Shown: positions 28,838-37,967 of the stretch, piece by piece
Numbering within the stretch: position 1 is the stretch's first letter
Layout of the letters: every line of letters starts with the position of its first letter
Assembly: GCA_963751345.1 (NCBI GenBank)
Contig: CAVVUS010000010.1
Coordinates: 96,001-160,000, forward strand
Source of the DNA: an uncultured Chloroflexia bacterium
GTDB lineage: Bacteria > Chloroflexota > Anaerolineae > B4-G1 > SLSP01
Direction of reading: 5' to 3'
DNA length: 64,000 bases
The notes under the pieces: model-generated
What the model was told of the DNA's origin: nothing
The model's input: only the letters and a program-made list of their open reading frames with translations
Database searches by the model: none
Made by a program: the position numbers and the translations under genes

Positions 28838-29773
28838 ATGGCAACCCGCGACACCCTACTGATGATCCGCAACCTCAAAGGCGCCCCCGCCACCATCCTG
28901 CTGATGATGCTCGGCCTGGGCCGCCCCACCGGGCGTGACGAGCTCGTGCTCCTCACCACTTACAGCGAACATACCGTCCAGAAGGCCCTCGACCAACTCG
29001 CCTATCTCGGCCTGGCCCGGAACCACGGCCGCTACAACGCCTGGGCCCTCACCGCCCACGTCGCCCAATCCCTCCCTGTGGCGCTGCCCGCCGGGGAAGA
29101 GCAAAATCCGCACACCGACCCCGACGCCGGCGAGCCCGACCCTACCCGCGAGGTGCAAAAACCACACCTCGAATCACTCGACCCAGCCCGGGAAGTGCAG
29201 ATTGTGCACCTCGACCTCGACGCCGGCGACCCCGGTCCCGTCCGGGAGGTGCAAAAACCACACCTCGAATCGCTCGACACAGCCCGGGAGGTGCAAAAAA
29301 TACACCTCGGCAGTAGTAGTAGTTACTACACTCCCTCTTCAGAGAGACACCAATCTCTCCAAACCTCAGAAACTACAACTACCCCCGACCGCGAAAAGTG
29401 CACCTCGCCGCCGCCGGTGCCGGGCGCACCGGTATCCCTGGACCCCTGCGTCTTCGATGCTGACGCCGAAGCTGCCGTCGACCTTCTCCGCCCCACCGGC
29501 TGCCCTGAGGTCCATCCCGCCGGCAGGGGCATCCGCGGCGCCATCCGGGCAGCCCTCGCGGGCGGCTGGACCGGCGCCGACGTCCTAGACGCCACCCGGG
29601 GCTGGCTCGCCTACGCCGCCACCCCCGCCGGCAAAAGCATCGACCACGCCGGCTTCCTCGCCCTTGCCAGGATCCGTGCCTGCCGGTGGCCGCCCGAGCC
29701 CCTGCCCAAATCCGCCGCCGACATCACCCGCGCCTACATCGACGCCGCCTATGACCGCATCGTGCGCCGCTGA
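28838..29773 (+). CDS. Winged-helix protein with internal DNA repeats; putative phage/plasmid-type replication initiator
   Basis: AAGGAGG RBS; N-terminal wHTH-like segment (GRDELVLLTTYSEHTVQKALDQLAYLGL); repetitive linker REVQKPHLE; helical C-terminal domain. Confidence 0.6.
   Translation: MATRDTLLMIRNLKGAPATILLMMLGLGRPTGRDELVLLTTYSEHTVQKALDQLAYLGLARNHGRYNAWALTAHVAQSLPVALPAGEEQNPHTDPDAGEPDPTREVQKPHLESLDPAREVQIVHLDLDAGDPGPVREVQKPHLESLDTAREVQKIHLGSSSSYYTPSSERHQSLQTSETTTTPDREKCTSPPPVPGAPVSLDPCVFDADAEAAVDLLRPTGCPEVHPAGRGIRGAIRAALAGGWTGADVLDATRGWLAYAATPAGKSIDHAGFLALARIRACRWPPEPLPKSAADITRAYIDAAYDRIVRR
29096..29308. repeat. Iteron-like dyad repeats GAGGTG-N9-CACCTC
   Basis: Copies at 29096 (degenerate), 29150, 29192, 29246 and 29288; spacing 54/42/54/42; followed by a lower-GC tract at about 29311-29381. 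Confidence 0.8.
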
Positions 29774-30427
29774 TGGCCGATGGCCGTCAACTCACAACCG
29801 GGGTAGCGTGTAGAATGCGTCCAACTCTCCATCAGGGCTAACCGAAGCGATGCCGAAGAACCCCTACTCCTCAAGATCTGCGTGGCCCTTGCCGAGGCCG
29901 GCTTCATCGACCTCGCCCCATCGATCGCCCAGTTCGTCTGCGACAACGCCCCCAGGGATCTCGATTCCCCGACGGGACGTGCCAACATCAACTGGACTAA
30001 CTCGTGCCAGATCAGGGAACGTCTGCGGGGAGGGCCACTGCTGCCGATGAAGACCTTTGGGGTTTCCCCGTCAAGCAGACGATTACTCGTGAAGAAAACC
30101 CCAGAGGTCTCAGCGCGGGCACACGGCGCGAATCGTGTCCGGCTCGAAGCATCTGAGTGCCCAGACCGGTTTCCCCGGCAAGCCTGCCCAATGGCGCCGC
30201 CTACTTCGTTGGCGGATCAGGTAGGCGCGGAGACAAGCTGTGGGTCCTACAAGTGGACGTTGGCAAGCGTGCGCAACACAGTAGACTGCGTCACGGCCAT
30301 GATCCGGCATGGTCGAGAGCGCCTCGATGTGTGCAAATAGTTCAAGAATCCTGAACTCTATGCACACGTCGTCGTTCAGAATCGGGATGTGTATAATGTC
30401 GTCATAGAGCTTCAACGAGGGGGCAGT

Positions 30428-30616
30428 ATGATAGATAGAATAACCGTTGATCCTGAGATTCACTTTGGAAAGCCTTGCGTAGCCGGGACGCGCATCACGG
30501 TGCAGAATGTTTTGGAGCTACTCGATGAGGATCTGTCCTTCGACGAGATCATTGGGGGCTACTATCCCGATCTGACGCCCGAAGACATTCGGGCCTGTAT
30601 GCAGTACGCTCTCTGA
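30428..30616 (+). CDS. DUF433-family putative antitoxin, no toxin partner
   Basis: RITVDPEIHFGKPCVAGTRITV...YPDLTPEDIRACMQYA. Confidence 0.88.
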   Translation: MIDRITVDPEIHFGKPCVAGTRITVQNVLELLDEDLSFDEIIGGYYPDLTPEDIRACMQYAL

Positions 30617-30728
30617 ATCCGATGGTGCAGGCGCGACCTCTCGGTGATCTTGGATAGAATCCTATTCACATGTTGATAAGTGAAGAGCTTTTTATCCAGT
30701 CTCGCCGTCACAACGGTGAGCAGCGACA

Positions 30729-31037
30729 ATGGCATCCGTCACCGATATACAGGAAGCCGAAGCGCTCGAGATCTTCCGCCGGCACGGTGGAACGCTGCGG
30801 ACCAAAGAGGCGCTGGCGCTGGGCATCCATCCGCGCACGCTCTACGCGCTGCGTGACGCCGGGGACCTCGAACGCCTGAGTCGCGGCCTCTATCGCCTGG
30901 CCGAGCTGCCGGCGCCGGCGGAACCCGATCTGGTCATCGTGGCCAAGCGCGCGCCCGGTGCGGTCCTCTGTCTCATCTCGGCCCTCGCCTATCATGGGCT
31001 GACGACACAGATCCCCCACGTGGTGGACCTTAGGTAG
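30729..31037 (+). pseudogene. Truncated type IV TA antitoxin (AbiEi family)
   Basis: LERLSRGLYRL...LCLISALAYHGLTTQIP, then an abrupt stop at about half the usual length, coinciding with a GC drop. Confidence 0.8.
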
Positions 31038-31141
31038 TAGTCAGCTATCTGCCTAAAGGAGAACCAATCGTCACTTGTGAAGGACCTCTGAAACTGAGTC
31101 TTCACCTGGGCTCCAATGGAGTCTTCGTTCATATCACACCC

Positions 31142-32422
31142 CTAGAACCCGGAGAAGAACGGTATCAACAAAACCCTCCACTCGCCTTTTGGATTACCTC
31201 TGACCCAGCAGTGTCCGGAGGCATCCTCAAACAACATACGAACTGAGAACTGTTTGCTTAAGTCCTGATCGAATCTGGTGTATGAAATCCGAGTGCCAAT
31301 CACTGACACGGCTGGAGCAACATCCTCAATACTGGCCATCTCGAAACCTCGGAGCTGGACTTCTCCGAATAACTCTCTGAGCCAGCCCGCAGTCATCCCG
31401 ACTGTATCTTTTCTGTTCATCGCACAAAGTCGCTGAGCCATCTTGCCGTAATTGCCTACCATCCATAGCTCCAGAAATTCCGCAAGCGCCCTTTCTGGAG
31501 TAAGCTCTCCATACGCAGAAGATGGTCCAGACGTCGGGAAATCCGCTGGAGTTGAGAGATTCCGCGGCTTCCAGGCCTCGATCTTGGCGGTCTCCTCTTG
31601 GTTATCTCTGATAGATTCCAAGATCTCGATCCAGGAGCGTTCGTGCTCAGGTTCAGGCTTAGGCTTTCTGAGAGCAACCACCCAGTCTCGTAGCGCGAAT
31701 AAGGCCGCCCAGGACTTCGCAGCACAAGCCTTGTTATCGTAACCAAGATCCCTTCCATGCAGAATCCCATGTCGATAAGGAATAGTGATCACCTCTGAGG
31801 TAGTCACCGTGCGACTCCTGCCGAGGGTCTTTGCCAGCGTCTGGAGTCCGGTACTATGCGCTGCAATGGAGTCCCAAGCCGTCAGGTCCGTTCCTTCCGC
31901 AAAGAAGCCTTTCAGCGCAATATCATTGACGAGACCCTCGATATTTGCCAGGATCACGGGTACGCAGGCGTAGTATCGTTCCGCTATGTAATCCTCAAGT
32001 GCTTTGCGTAGCAGTTTCTCTCTAGGGCGGAACTCCTCGATAAACCTCATCATAGTTAGCCGCTGCTCGATGTGCTGTGGATCATAGCTGTCTATCAGCA
32101 GGTGTTCGGCGCTTGCAAGGTCGCCAGCTTCTGCGAAGTCGGTGGCTTGCCTCATCACGTCCGGCTTCAGTGCCCCATAGGCAATCCAGCCCAATGGCGC
32201 GAGATTGTCATTGAACCGATCTGGCATACTAATCATAATCTCAAGCTTCTCGGCAAGATCGGGAAACCTATCAGAGATCTCCTGTAGCTTCTCATTCCTG
32301 AGGCCAAACTGACTGAGTAAGTTCATGGAGTCTCGAAGAGTCGCAATTTCTGACATTTCTTTGTCGAGTCTTGCGAACGATGGGATATCCCGTATTCGGT
32401 CTGTGTCAGCGTCTTCTGTCAT
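31142..32422 (-). CDS. Hypothetical protein with HEPN-like R-X4-H motif
   Basis: Intact 426-aa low-GC ORF; YYACVPVILANIEGLV helix and RHGILHG. Confidence 0.7.
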   Translation of the reverse strand: MTEDADTDRIRDIPSFARLDKEMSEIATLRDSMNLLSQFGLRNEKLQEISDRFPDLAEKLEIMISMPDRFNDNLAPLGWIAYGALKPDVMRQATDFAEAGDLASAEHLLIDSYDPQHIEQRLTMMRFIEEFRPREKLLRKALEDYIAERYYACVPVILANIEGLVNDIALKGFFAEGTDLTAWDSIAAHSTGLQTLAKTLGRSRTVTTSEVITIPYRHGILHGRDLGYDNKACAAKSWAALFALRDWVVALRKPKPEPEHERSWIEILESIRDNQEETAKIEAWKPRNLSTPADFPTSGPSSAYGELTPERALAEFLELWMVGNYGKMAQRLCAMNRKDTVGMTAGWLRELFGEVQLRGFEMASIEDVAPAVSVIGTRISYTRFDQDLSKQFSVRMLFEDASGHCWVRGNPKGEWRVLLIPFFSGF

Positions 32423-32617
32423 AGGTCCGTACAGCTATCCGTAAGGCTGGTTCTCTGTGGCACCACTTTCCCATCCTGCTGGCGGAAAGTATTTCACCGA
32501 GCTGCAGGTAAGTTCACCATTCATTAGCGTGATTGATCGGGTTTGTCATCTCAGCAGCCGGATCCGCTCTGCGGCCGCTCTTGAGTACCTCTAGCGCATA
32601 ATGTATCCACTTCGGCA

Positions 32618-32884
32618 TCATTTCTGGCGATCTGCCCAATGCCGTACCATCTCGGTGCTATCCTCACCTGCGCTTGATGGTATGGCTTCGGCCAGGATAT
32701 CCATTGCTGCTATTGCAGCCTGTACACTGGGCTGGTTCCCGGTCGCACGGCTCTCTTTCGCTGCGATATACTGCCGTAGCGCCTCGCGTATGAGTTCGCT
32801 CCGGCTGCAGCGTTTTGCCTCTGCTACCGCATCGACTTGCGCGAGGAGATCATCGGGGAGTGAGATCTTTGCTCTCGTTGTCAT
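32618..32884 (-). CDS. Ribbon-helix-helix (CopG-like) antitoxin, no toxin partner
   Basis: AKISLPDDLLAQVDAVAEAKRCSRSELIREALRQY; C-terminal DSTEMVRHW. Confidence 0.8.
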   Translation of the reverse strand: MTTRAKISLPDDLLAQVDAVAEAKRCSRSELIREALRQYIAAKESRATGNQPSVQAAIAAMDILAEAIPSSAGEDSTEMVRHWADRQK

Positions 32885-33267
32885 ACCCCACCCTTTCACG
32901 CTCTTATCAACCAAAGGACATATCCTGTCGGTTACGTGGGGAAACCTGCGACATCTTCCTGGCATCCATCTGTTAGGCGTGAGCGGGAGGCGGCTTCCTT
33001 GAGTCGGGCATCTGCGTCCGCTCACCGCTGTGTCGAGGCAGCATTGTGCGGTGACGTTGTGCGACGATGTATCCTCCAGTATATGCACCGTACCGCGCAC
33101 GTCAAGTTTTCCTTGCGAGCGGATCACCGCCTGTAACAATGGAGGATGCTGCCGGTCCCGGTCTGCTTTCTTGACTCATCTGTATTTAGGTTGAACGATC
33201 GGTAAATCCGGTCGGATGACAGGAGACGGGTGGATGAGCGCTCTGGCCTCAATGTCAGACCGTGGGA

Positions 33268-34109
33268 TTATGAGCCGCCCGGTTCCGGGATCTCCCGATC
33301 GCACATACGACCTATGTATTCGCCGATCTCTTTGTTTGCCCTAAGGGGGCATTGGGCTGGGGACCTCCTGTTGCAGTAAAGCCGCTTGAAGTAGATCAGG
33401 ACGAGATGGGCCCACCAAACAGGCGCGGTGCTCGCCGGGAGATCGAGTCCACCGTATCCCGAGTGCCTGTGCCAGATCGTAATATCGGCCTGGGGAGCTA
33501 CTCAGACTATGCTCAATATACTTCCGCATAATCTCGTGTGCGATGGGGCTCTTGGGTAGCTGTAACCCAAGGCATGGCCCGAGGAGATCTTTCATTCCAG
33601 AATCCACAGGAAAGATCCCGCAATGGTATCCCTTGGCGTACAGACACCGCACACTGGGCTACTTTGTAGCCAGCACCCTTTACCCTTTTTGCCATCTCGT
33701 TGATCAAAAGATCATTGGGACCATCCAAAACGTCTAGAGTCTCGACCGAGGCCGTCGATGAAAGCGCATATGGAGTGCAAATACTGCCGACGGGCTGTGA
33801 AGAGGCCGAGAGGCCCCACGAGATTGTATAGTTCTGCGTCTCTAGGCTGCATAGGTTCTCGTAACCGATGTACGCTGCCTGCCGGACAACCCTTTGATAG
33901 GTCGTGATCATAGTGTAGGAAACTCGGGTGCTCCATCCGGCGATCACCATACGGAGCCGCCAGTCTTCTACATCGCGCGGCCACCACCGATCGTCGTCGT
34001 GGTTCCTGATCACTTCCTCGCGAACGTCTCCTTGACCAGCGCAGACCGCGAGGATGTCGTAGAGCATCCCGGGGGACAACCCATTCGGTCCTTCATTTTC
34101 CGTGATCAT
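33268..34109 (-). pseudogene. HhH-GPD (endonuclease III-like) superfamily protein with multiple frameshifts
   Basis: Stitched frames: LVGPLGLFTARRQYL / VKGAGYKVAQCAV / LYAKGYHCGIFPVDS / HLVLIYFKRLYCNRRSPAQCPL. Confidence 0.6.
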
Positions 34110-34170
34110 GAACGCTCTACGTACCGAGGAACCCCCAAGGTCTTTTCCGAAGCGCTATCTTGCTCCTGCC

Positions 34171-35613
34171 CTAATCGCGCCCTTCCCCCCGCCCGCCGGC
34201 ATGGCACTGCGCACAATCGTCGACGTTGTTGATGCCTTCCCGGGCGTGCCGGGCTACGATCTCGGCCTCCTGGTGGTCGTGACACCCGCCGTAGCAGGTA
34301 TACGTCTGCAGGGCGTCCGGGTGACACGTCTGGCAGGTGTTCGCAGCGGCGCGAGTTCCGTGGTCGATGGGGAAGGTGTGGGTCTGGTTGAACTGGGCCG
34401 GCGACCAGGCAGCCGTGGTGTGGCACGACGCGCAGTCGGTGCCGAACAGGCCCGCGTGGTAGGCCGGGTCGTCGTGGCAGGCCGAGCACTGCGTCGGCGT
34501 GCCCTTGAAGACGTTGTTCGCGTGACACTGCGCGCACGCCACCTGGACGTGGGCGCCGGTGAGCGGGAACGCCGTCTTGCTGTGATCGAAGGTCGCCTGC
34601 TGCCAACTGTCGGCCGTGTGACACGCGCCGCAGTCCTGGCCGAATTGGCCGTCGTGCGCGTCGTCCTTCTGATGGCAGGAGAAGCAGTCCGTCGGTGTGC
34701 CCTTGAAGACGTTGTTCACGTGACACTGCGCGCACGCCACCTGGACGTGGGCGCCGACGAGCGGGAAGGCGGTCTTGCTGTGATCGAAGGTGGCTTGCTG
34801 CCAGGCCACAGACGTGTGGCACGCGCCGCAGTCCTGGCCGAACTGGCCGTCGTGTGCGTCGTCCTTCTGGTGGCAGGAGAAGCAGTCCTGGGGTGTGGCC
34901 TGCAGCTCGGCGATGGTACCGGCCCCGGTGTGGCAGCTCGCGCAGGCCAGGGGGGCATGCCCACCCTCCAGGGGAAAGGCCACACGGTTATGATCGAAGT
35001 TGGGACCGTACGTGTCCAGGCCGTCGTGGCAGGCCAGGCAGCCGGCGTCGAACGCTGCCAGGTGATCCTGCATAAAGCCGGCATCCATCTCCGTGTGGCA
35101 GGTGGTGCAGGTCGCCACGTCGAAGTTGGCCAGGCCGGACCCGTGGCAGTCTGCACAGGTGAAGGCGGCGCCATCGGCCGTCTCCCGGTGGCCTTTGAGC
35201 GAATAGCCGGTGGCATCGTGGGGAAAGGTGGCGGAATCGACGACCGTCAGCAATGCCGCAGCTCCCTTGTGTTCGGGGTGGCAACTGTAGCAGGGCAGGT
35301 GATCGGCCCCTACTTTGAGCGCGCCGTGCAGGCTCGTGGCATCTGCCAACTGGCCGGTGACGTCGGTGTGGCAGGCCAGGCAGCGGTCCGACATCGTCGC
35401 GCTGGTCCAGGGGGCCGTGTGGCAGGCAGCGCAGTCGCCGCCGGTCGCAGCGTGGGACTGCACCCCGCCCAGCGACCCGCCCGCCTGGGCATTGAGCGGG
35501 CCCGGACTGAACAGCCCGCTGCCCCAGATCAGGATGATCCCCGCCACCAGGAGCAGGGTCAACAGCCCGGCGATCATGCCGCCGGCAGAGAGACACCCCA
35601 AGGGTTTCTTCAT
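34171..35613 (-). CDS. Membrane-anchored multiheme cytochrome c (17 CxxCH + 1 CxxxCH)
   Basis: Heme motifs counted in the translation; N-terminal TM/signal; FSPGPL..H start; FDH...FPL.GAH repeats. Confidence 0.93.
   Translation of the reverse strand: MKKPLGCLSAGGMIAGLLTLLLVAGIILIWGSGLFSPGPLNAQAGGSLGGVQSHAATGGDCAACHTAPWTSATMSDRCLACHTDVTGQLADATSLHGALKVGADHLPCYSCHPEHKGAAALLTVVDSATFPHDATGYSLKGHRETADGAAFTCADCHGSGLANFDVATCTTCHTEMDAGFMQDHLAAFDAGCLACHDGLDTYGPNFDHNRVAFPLEGGHAPLACASCHTGAGTIAELQATPQDCFSCHQKDDAHDGQFGQDCGACHTSVAWQQATFDHSKTAFPLVGAHVQVACAQCHVNNVFKGTPTDCFSCHQKDDAHDGQFGQDCGACHTADSWQQATFDHSKTAFPLTGAHVQVACAQCHANNVFKGTPTQCSACHDDPAYHAGLFGTDCASCHTTAAWSPAQFNQTHTFPIDHGTRAAANTCQTCHPDALQTYTCYGGCHDHQEAEIVARHAREGINNVDDCAQCHAGGRGEGRD
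34497..34895. repeat. 198-bp intragenic tandem duplication (66-aa triheme module)
   Basis: GCCCTTGAAGACGTTGTTC at 34501 and 34699; near-identical DCFSCHQKDDAHDGQFGQDCGACH...VACAQCH units. Confidence 0.85.
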
Positions 35614-35644
35614 TGGGCTCCCAGCTCCTCCCGGTTCCCCGGGC

Positions 35645-36463
35645 CTATTTGAGCAGGGTAGCGTAGTAAACAGCTCCGACCACGTGGATGAAAGCGGCGA
35701 CAAAGAGGACAATGCCGATGGGAATGTGAACCGCGCGCCACACGCCCAACATATGGCGGGCCGTGGTCAGCGAAGCCGCCTGGCGGCGCAGCGTGTTCCG
35801 CCGGTTGAGCAGGCGGTCCATCTTGTTGGCCTGGGCGCGGACGTCCGGCGCCATGCGCTGTTTCTCGCGCCGCCAGGCCAGGCGCGCGCCCCAGCCCGAA
35901 AACGAACGGCCCATGACCAGCACGAGCCCGTTGGGGGAGATCTCCGTCGCGGTCGCCTGCCATCGGGTCAGGGCTTGCGCGGCATCGGGATGGTCGGCCA
36001 GCCAGAGCGACAGCTCGGCTTCGACGGCGGCGATCTCGGTCTCGAGGACGCCGGCCTCGACCTCGGCACCGTCGAGGGTGCGCGGCACCGCTGTATAGAT
36101 GTAGCGCCCGACAAAGCCGCTCACGACGATGATGGCCGTCATCAGCGTCACGATGCCGGCCAGGCCGTTGTAGGTCCACGAGGTATGCAGCAGCACCAGG
36201 AACGGCCCTACCAGGCCGGTGAAGACGTGAAAGCGCAGCCAGGCCGCGGGACGCCCCCACCGTGCCCTGCGCGACCGCTTGCGCAGGGAGTAGAGGGTCT
36301 CGGTCATCAGCATCATCACAAAGCCCACGATGCCCAGCGAGTGGCCGATCAGGTGGCCGGCAGCCGGCACTGCACCCAGCCGCCGGACGGCGAGCGCATA
36401 TCCCGATCCAAGCAGCACCATGGCCGCGAAGGCGTAGGGGAGCTCAAGGCTACGACGCTGCAT
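35645..36463 (-). CDS. Integral membrane protein, putative heme b-binding (cytochrome b-like)
   Basis: About five TM helices with His residues in WLRFHVFTG, LLHTS, WRAVHIP and FIHV. Confidence 0.75.
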   Translation of the reverse strand: MQRRSLELPYAFAAMVLLGSGYALAVRRLGAVPAAGHLIGHSLGIVGFVMMLMTETLYSLRKRSRRARWGRPAAWLRFHVFTGLVGPFLVLLHTSWTYNGLAGIVTLMTAIIVVSGFVGRYIYTAVPRTLDGAEVEAGVLETEIAAVEAELSLWLADHPDAAQALTRWQATATEISPNGLVLVMGRSFSGWGARLAWRREKQRMAPDVRAQANKMDRLLNRRNTLRRQAASLTTARHMLGVWRAVHIPIGIVLFVAAFIHVVGAVYYATLLK

Positions 36464-36492
36464 TCTATTTCTCCTCTGAACAATCATCTGTC

Positions 36493-36584
36493 GTAGAGAC
36501 GCCCCGGTGGGGCGTCTTCGGACGCTGAGAGCCTACCAATGGCGTGCTTCTGCGTCCGGAGACGGGCCACCGGCCCGTCTCTAC
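36493..36584. repeat. REP-doublet (REPIN-like) element, family A
   Basis: GTAGAGACGCCCCGGTGGGGCGTCT...GAGACGGGCCACCGGCCCGTCTCTAC. Confidence 0.8.
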
Positions 36585-36643
36585 AACGGTGCCAAGGGAC
36601 CGGTTCTGCGGAAAACTGACGGACACGCGTGGCATTCCCGCCG

Positions 36644-37948
36644 CTAATCGCCCCCATCAGCCCAGAAGCGCGTGACCAGGTCTTCCAGGCGTGCCTTGGG
36701 CTGCAACAACTGCTCCCGAATAGGCGTGATGTCGACCTGTCCGCCGATGAGGTGGTGGAGTGGCCGGGAGACGGCCTGGTCGCCCATCACGACGGCACCC
36801 AGCAGGGCTCGCTCGCCCACCACCAGACGGATGCGGTTGGGCCCCGATCCTTCCTCTGCGCCGGCCGCGTCGGGCAGTTGTCGCCAGCTTTCGCTGTCGC
36901 CGCGCGCGATCCCCTTCAGATCCGCATCCCGGCCGCGACCCACGCTGCCGATGATGGTCGTCGTCAGCCCGGCAAGGCGGGTGACGTTCAGGGATACGGC
37001 CTTGCGATACGAGATGGATTGGCCGGCCATGTTCGCTCCGGCCGTGCGTCCCTGGGCCAGAGCCACGTTCCACAGGGTGTCCAGAACCGATCTGCCGGTG
37101 AAGGGGTCGTGGACCTGGGCGATGTCGCCGGCCGCAAATACATCCGGTTCGCTGCTCTGCAGCATCTCATTGACCAGAACCCCTCGATCGGTCGCGATGC
37201 CCGCCATCTCGGCCAGCTCCTTCCGCGGCAGGACGCCGATGGCGATGGCTACCAGGTCACAGTCGATCTGCTGCCCATCCTGGGTGAGCACGGCCGCCAC
37301 GCGGCCTCGCCGGCCCAGAATCTGGGCGGCCTCGGTCTGGTAGTGAATCTGCACCCCTTGCTCCCGGAGGCGGCGCTCGACGATGTGCGACTCGGTCTCG
37401 TCCAGGACGTTACTCCAGTAGCGGTCGCGGCGGATGAAATAGTGGGCGCGGACGCCGCGGGCGTGCAGTCCCTCGACGATCTCCAGGGCGGTGATGCCGC
37501 CACCCAAGACCACGGCAGTGCGTCCCCGCCGGCCGTGCTTGAGGATGTGGCGAGCGTCGTTCAGATCGTCCAGCTTGGCGACCCCTTCCAAATCGCTGCC
37601 GGGGAGCTCCATAGCCACCGCCAGCGCACCCGTGGCGATCAGCAGCCGGTCGTAGGTCAGGCTCCCGTGCTGGTCGGTCATCACCTGATGCGCCTTGGTG
37701 TCCACGCCCGTGACGTGGGCGTGAAGCCGGCGCAGATCGAGCCGCTGAAAGTCCCGCTCGTCAAAGGGGTGGAGCAGCGACTCGGGCACTTCGCCGGTCA
37801 GGTAGTAGGCCAGGCCCGGCCGCGAATAGTAGCCGTGCTGATCTTCGCTCACCAGTAGGATGTCGCCGCCCGGGTCCTCGTGGCGAATCGTTTCGGCGGC
37901 GGCGATGCCTGCCGCACCCATCCCGACGATCAGGTAGCGATGTGTCAT
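36644..37948 (-). CDS. FAD/NAD(P)-dependent oxidoreductase (NADH:rubredoxin reductase / NirB N-terminal-like)
   Basis: GMGAAG, YSRPGL, YDRLLIATGA, LGGGITALE, FAAGD. Confidence 0.92.
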   Translation of the reverse strand: MTHRYLIVGMGAAGIAAAETIRHEDPGGDILLVSEDQHGYYSRPGLAYYLTGEVPESLLHPFDERDFQRLDLRRLHAHVTGVDTKAHQVMTDQHGSLTYDRLLIATGALAVAMELPGSDLEGVAKLDDLNDARHILKHGRRGRTAVVLGGGITALEIVEGLHARGVRAHYFIRRDRYWSNVLDETESHIVERRLREQGVQIHYQTEAAQILGRRGRVAAVLTQDGQQIDCDLVAIAIGVLPRKELAEMAGIATDRGVLVNEMLQSSEPDVFAAGDIAQVHDPFTGRSVLDTLWNVALAQGRTAGANMAGQSISYRKAVSLNVTRLAGLTTTIIGSVGRGRDADLKGIARGDSESWRQLPDAAGAEEGSGPNRIRLVVGERALLGAVVMGDQAVSRPLHHLIGGQVDITPIREQLLQPKARLEDLVTRFWADGGD

Positions 37949-37967
37949 TCCGGGCTCCCCCGCCGAC

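Noticed and set aside
29096-29308. Possible CRISPR array
   Set aside because: The inter-repeat segments are themselves duplicated, lie in frame in a CDS, and there is no leader or cas gene.
29820-30340. ORF 29882-30340 as a real gene
   Set aside because: Coding-like bias only in the first ~170 bp and no RBS or motif; probably a gene fragment.
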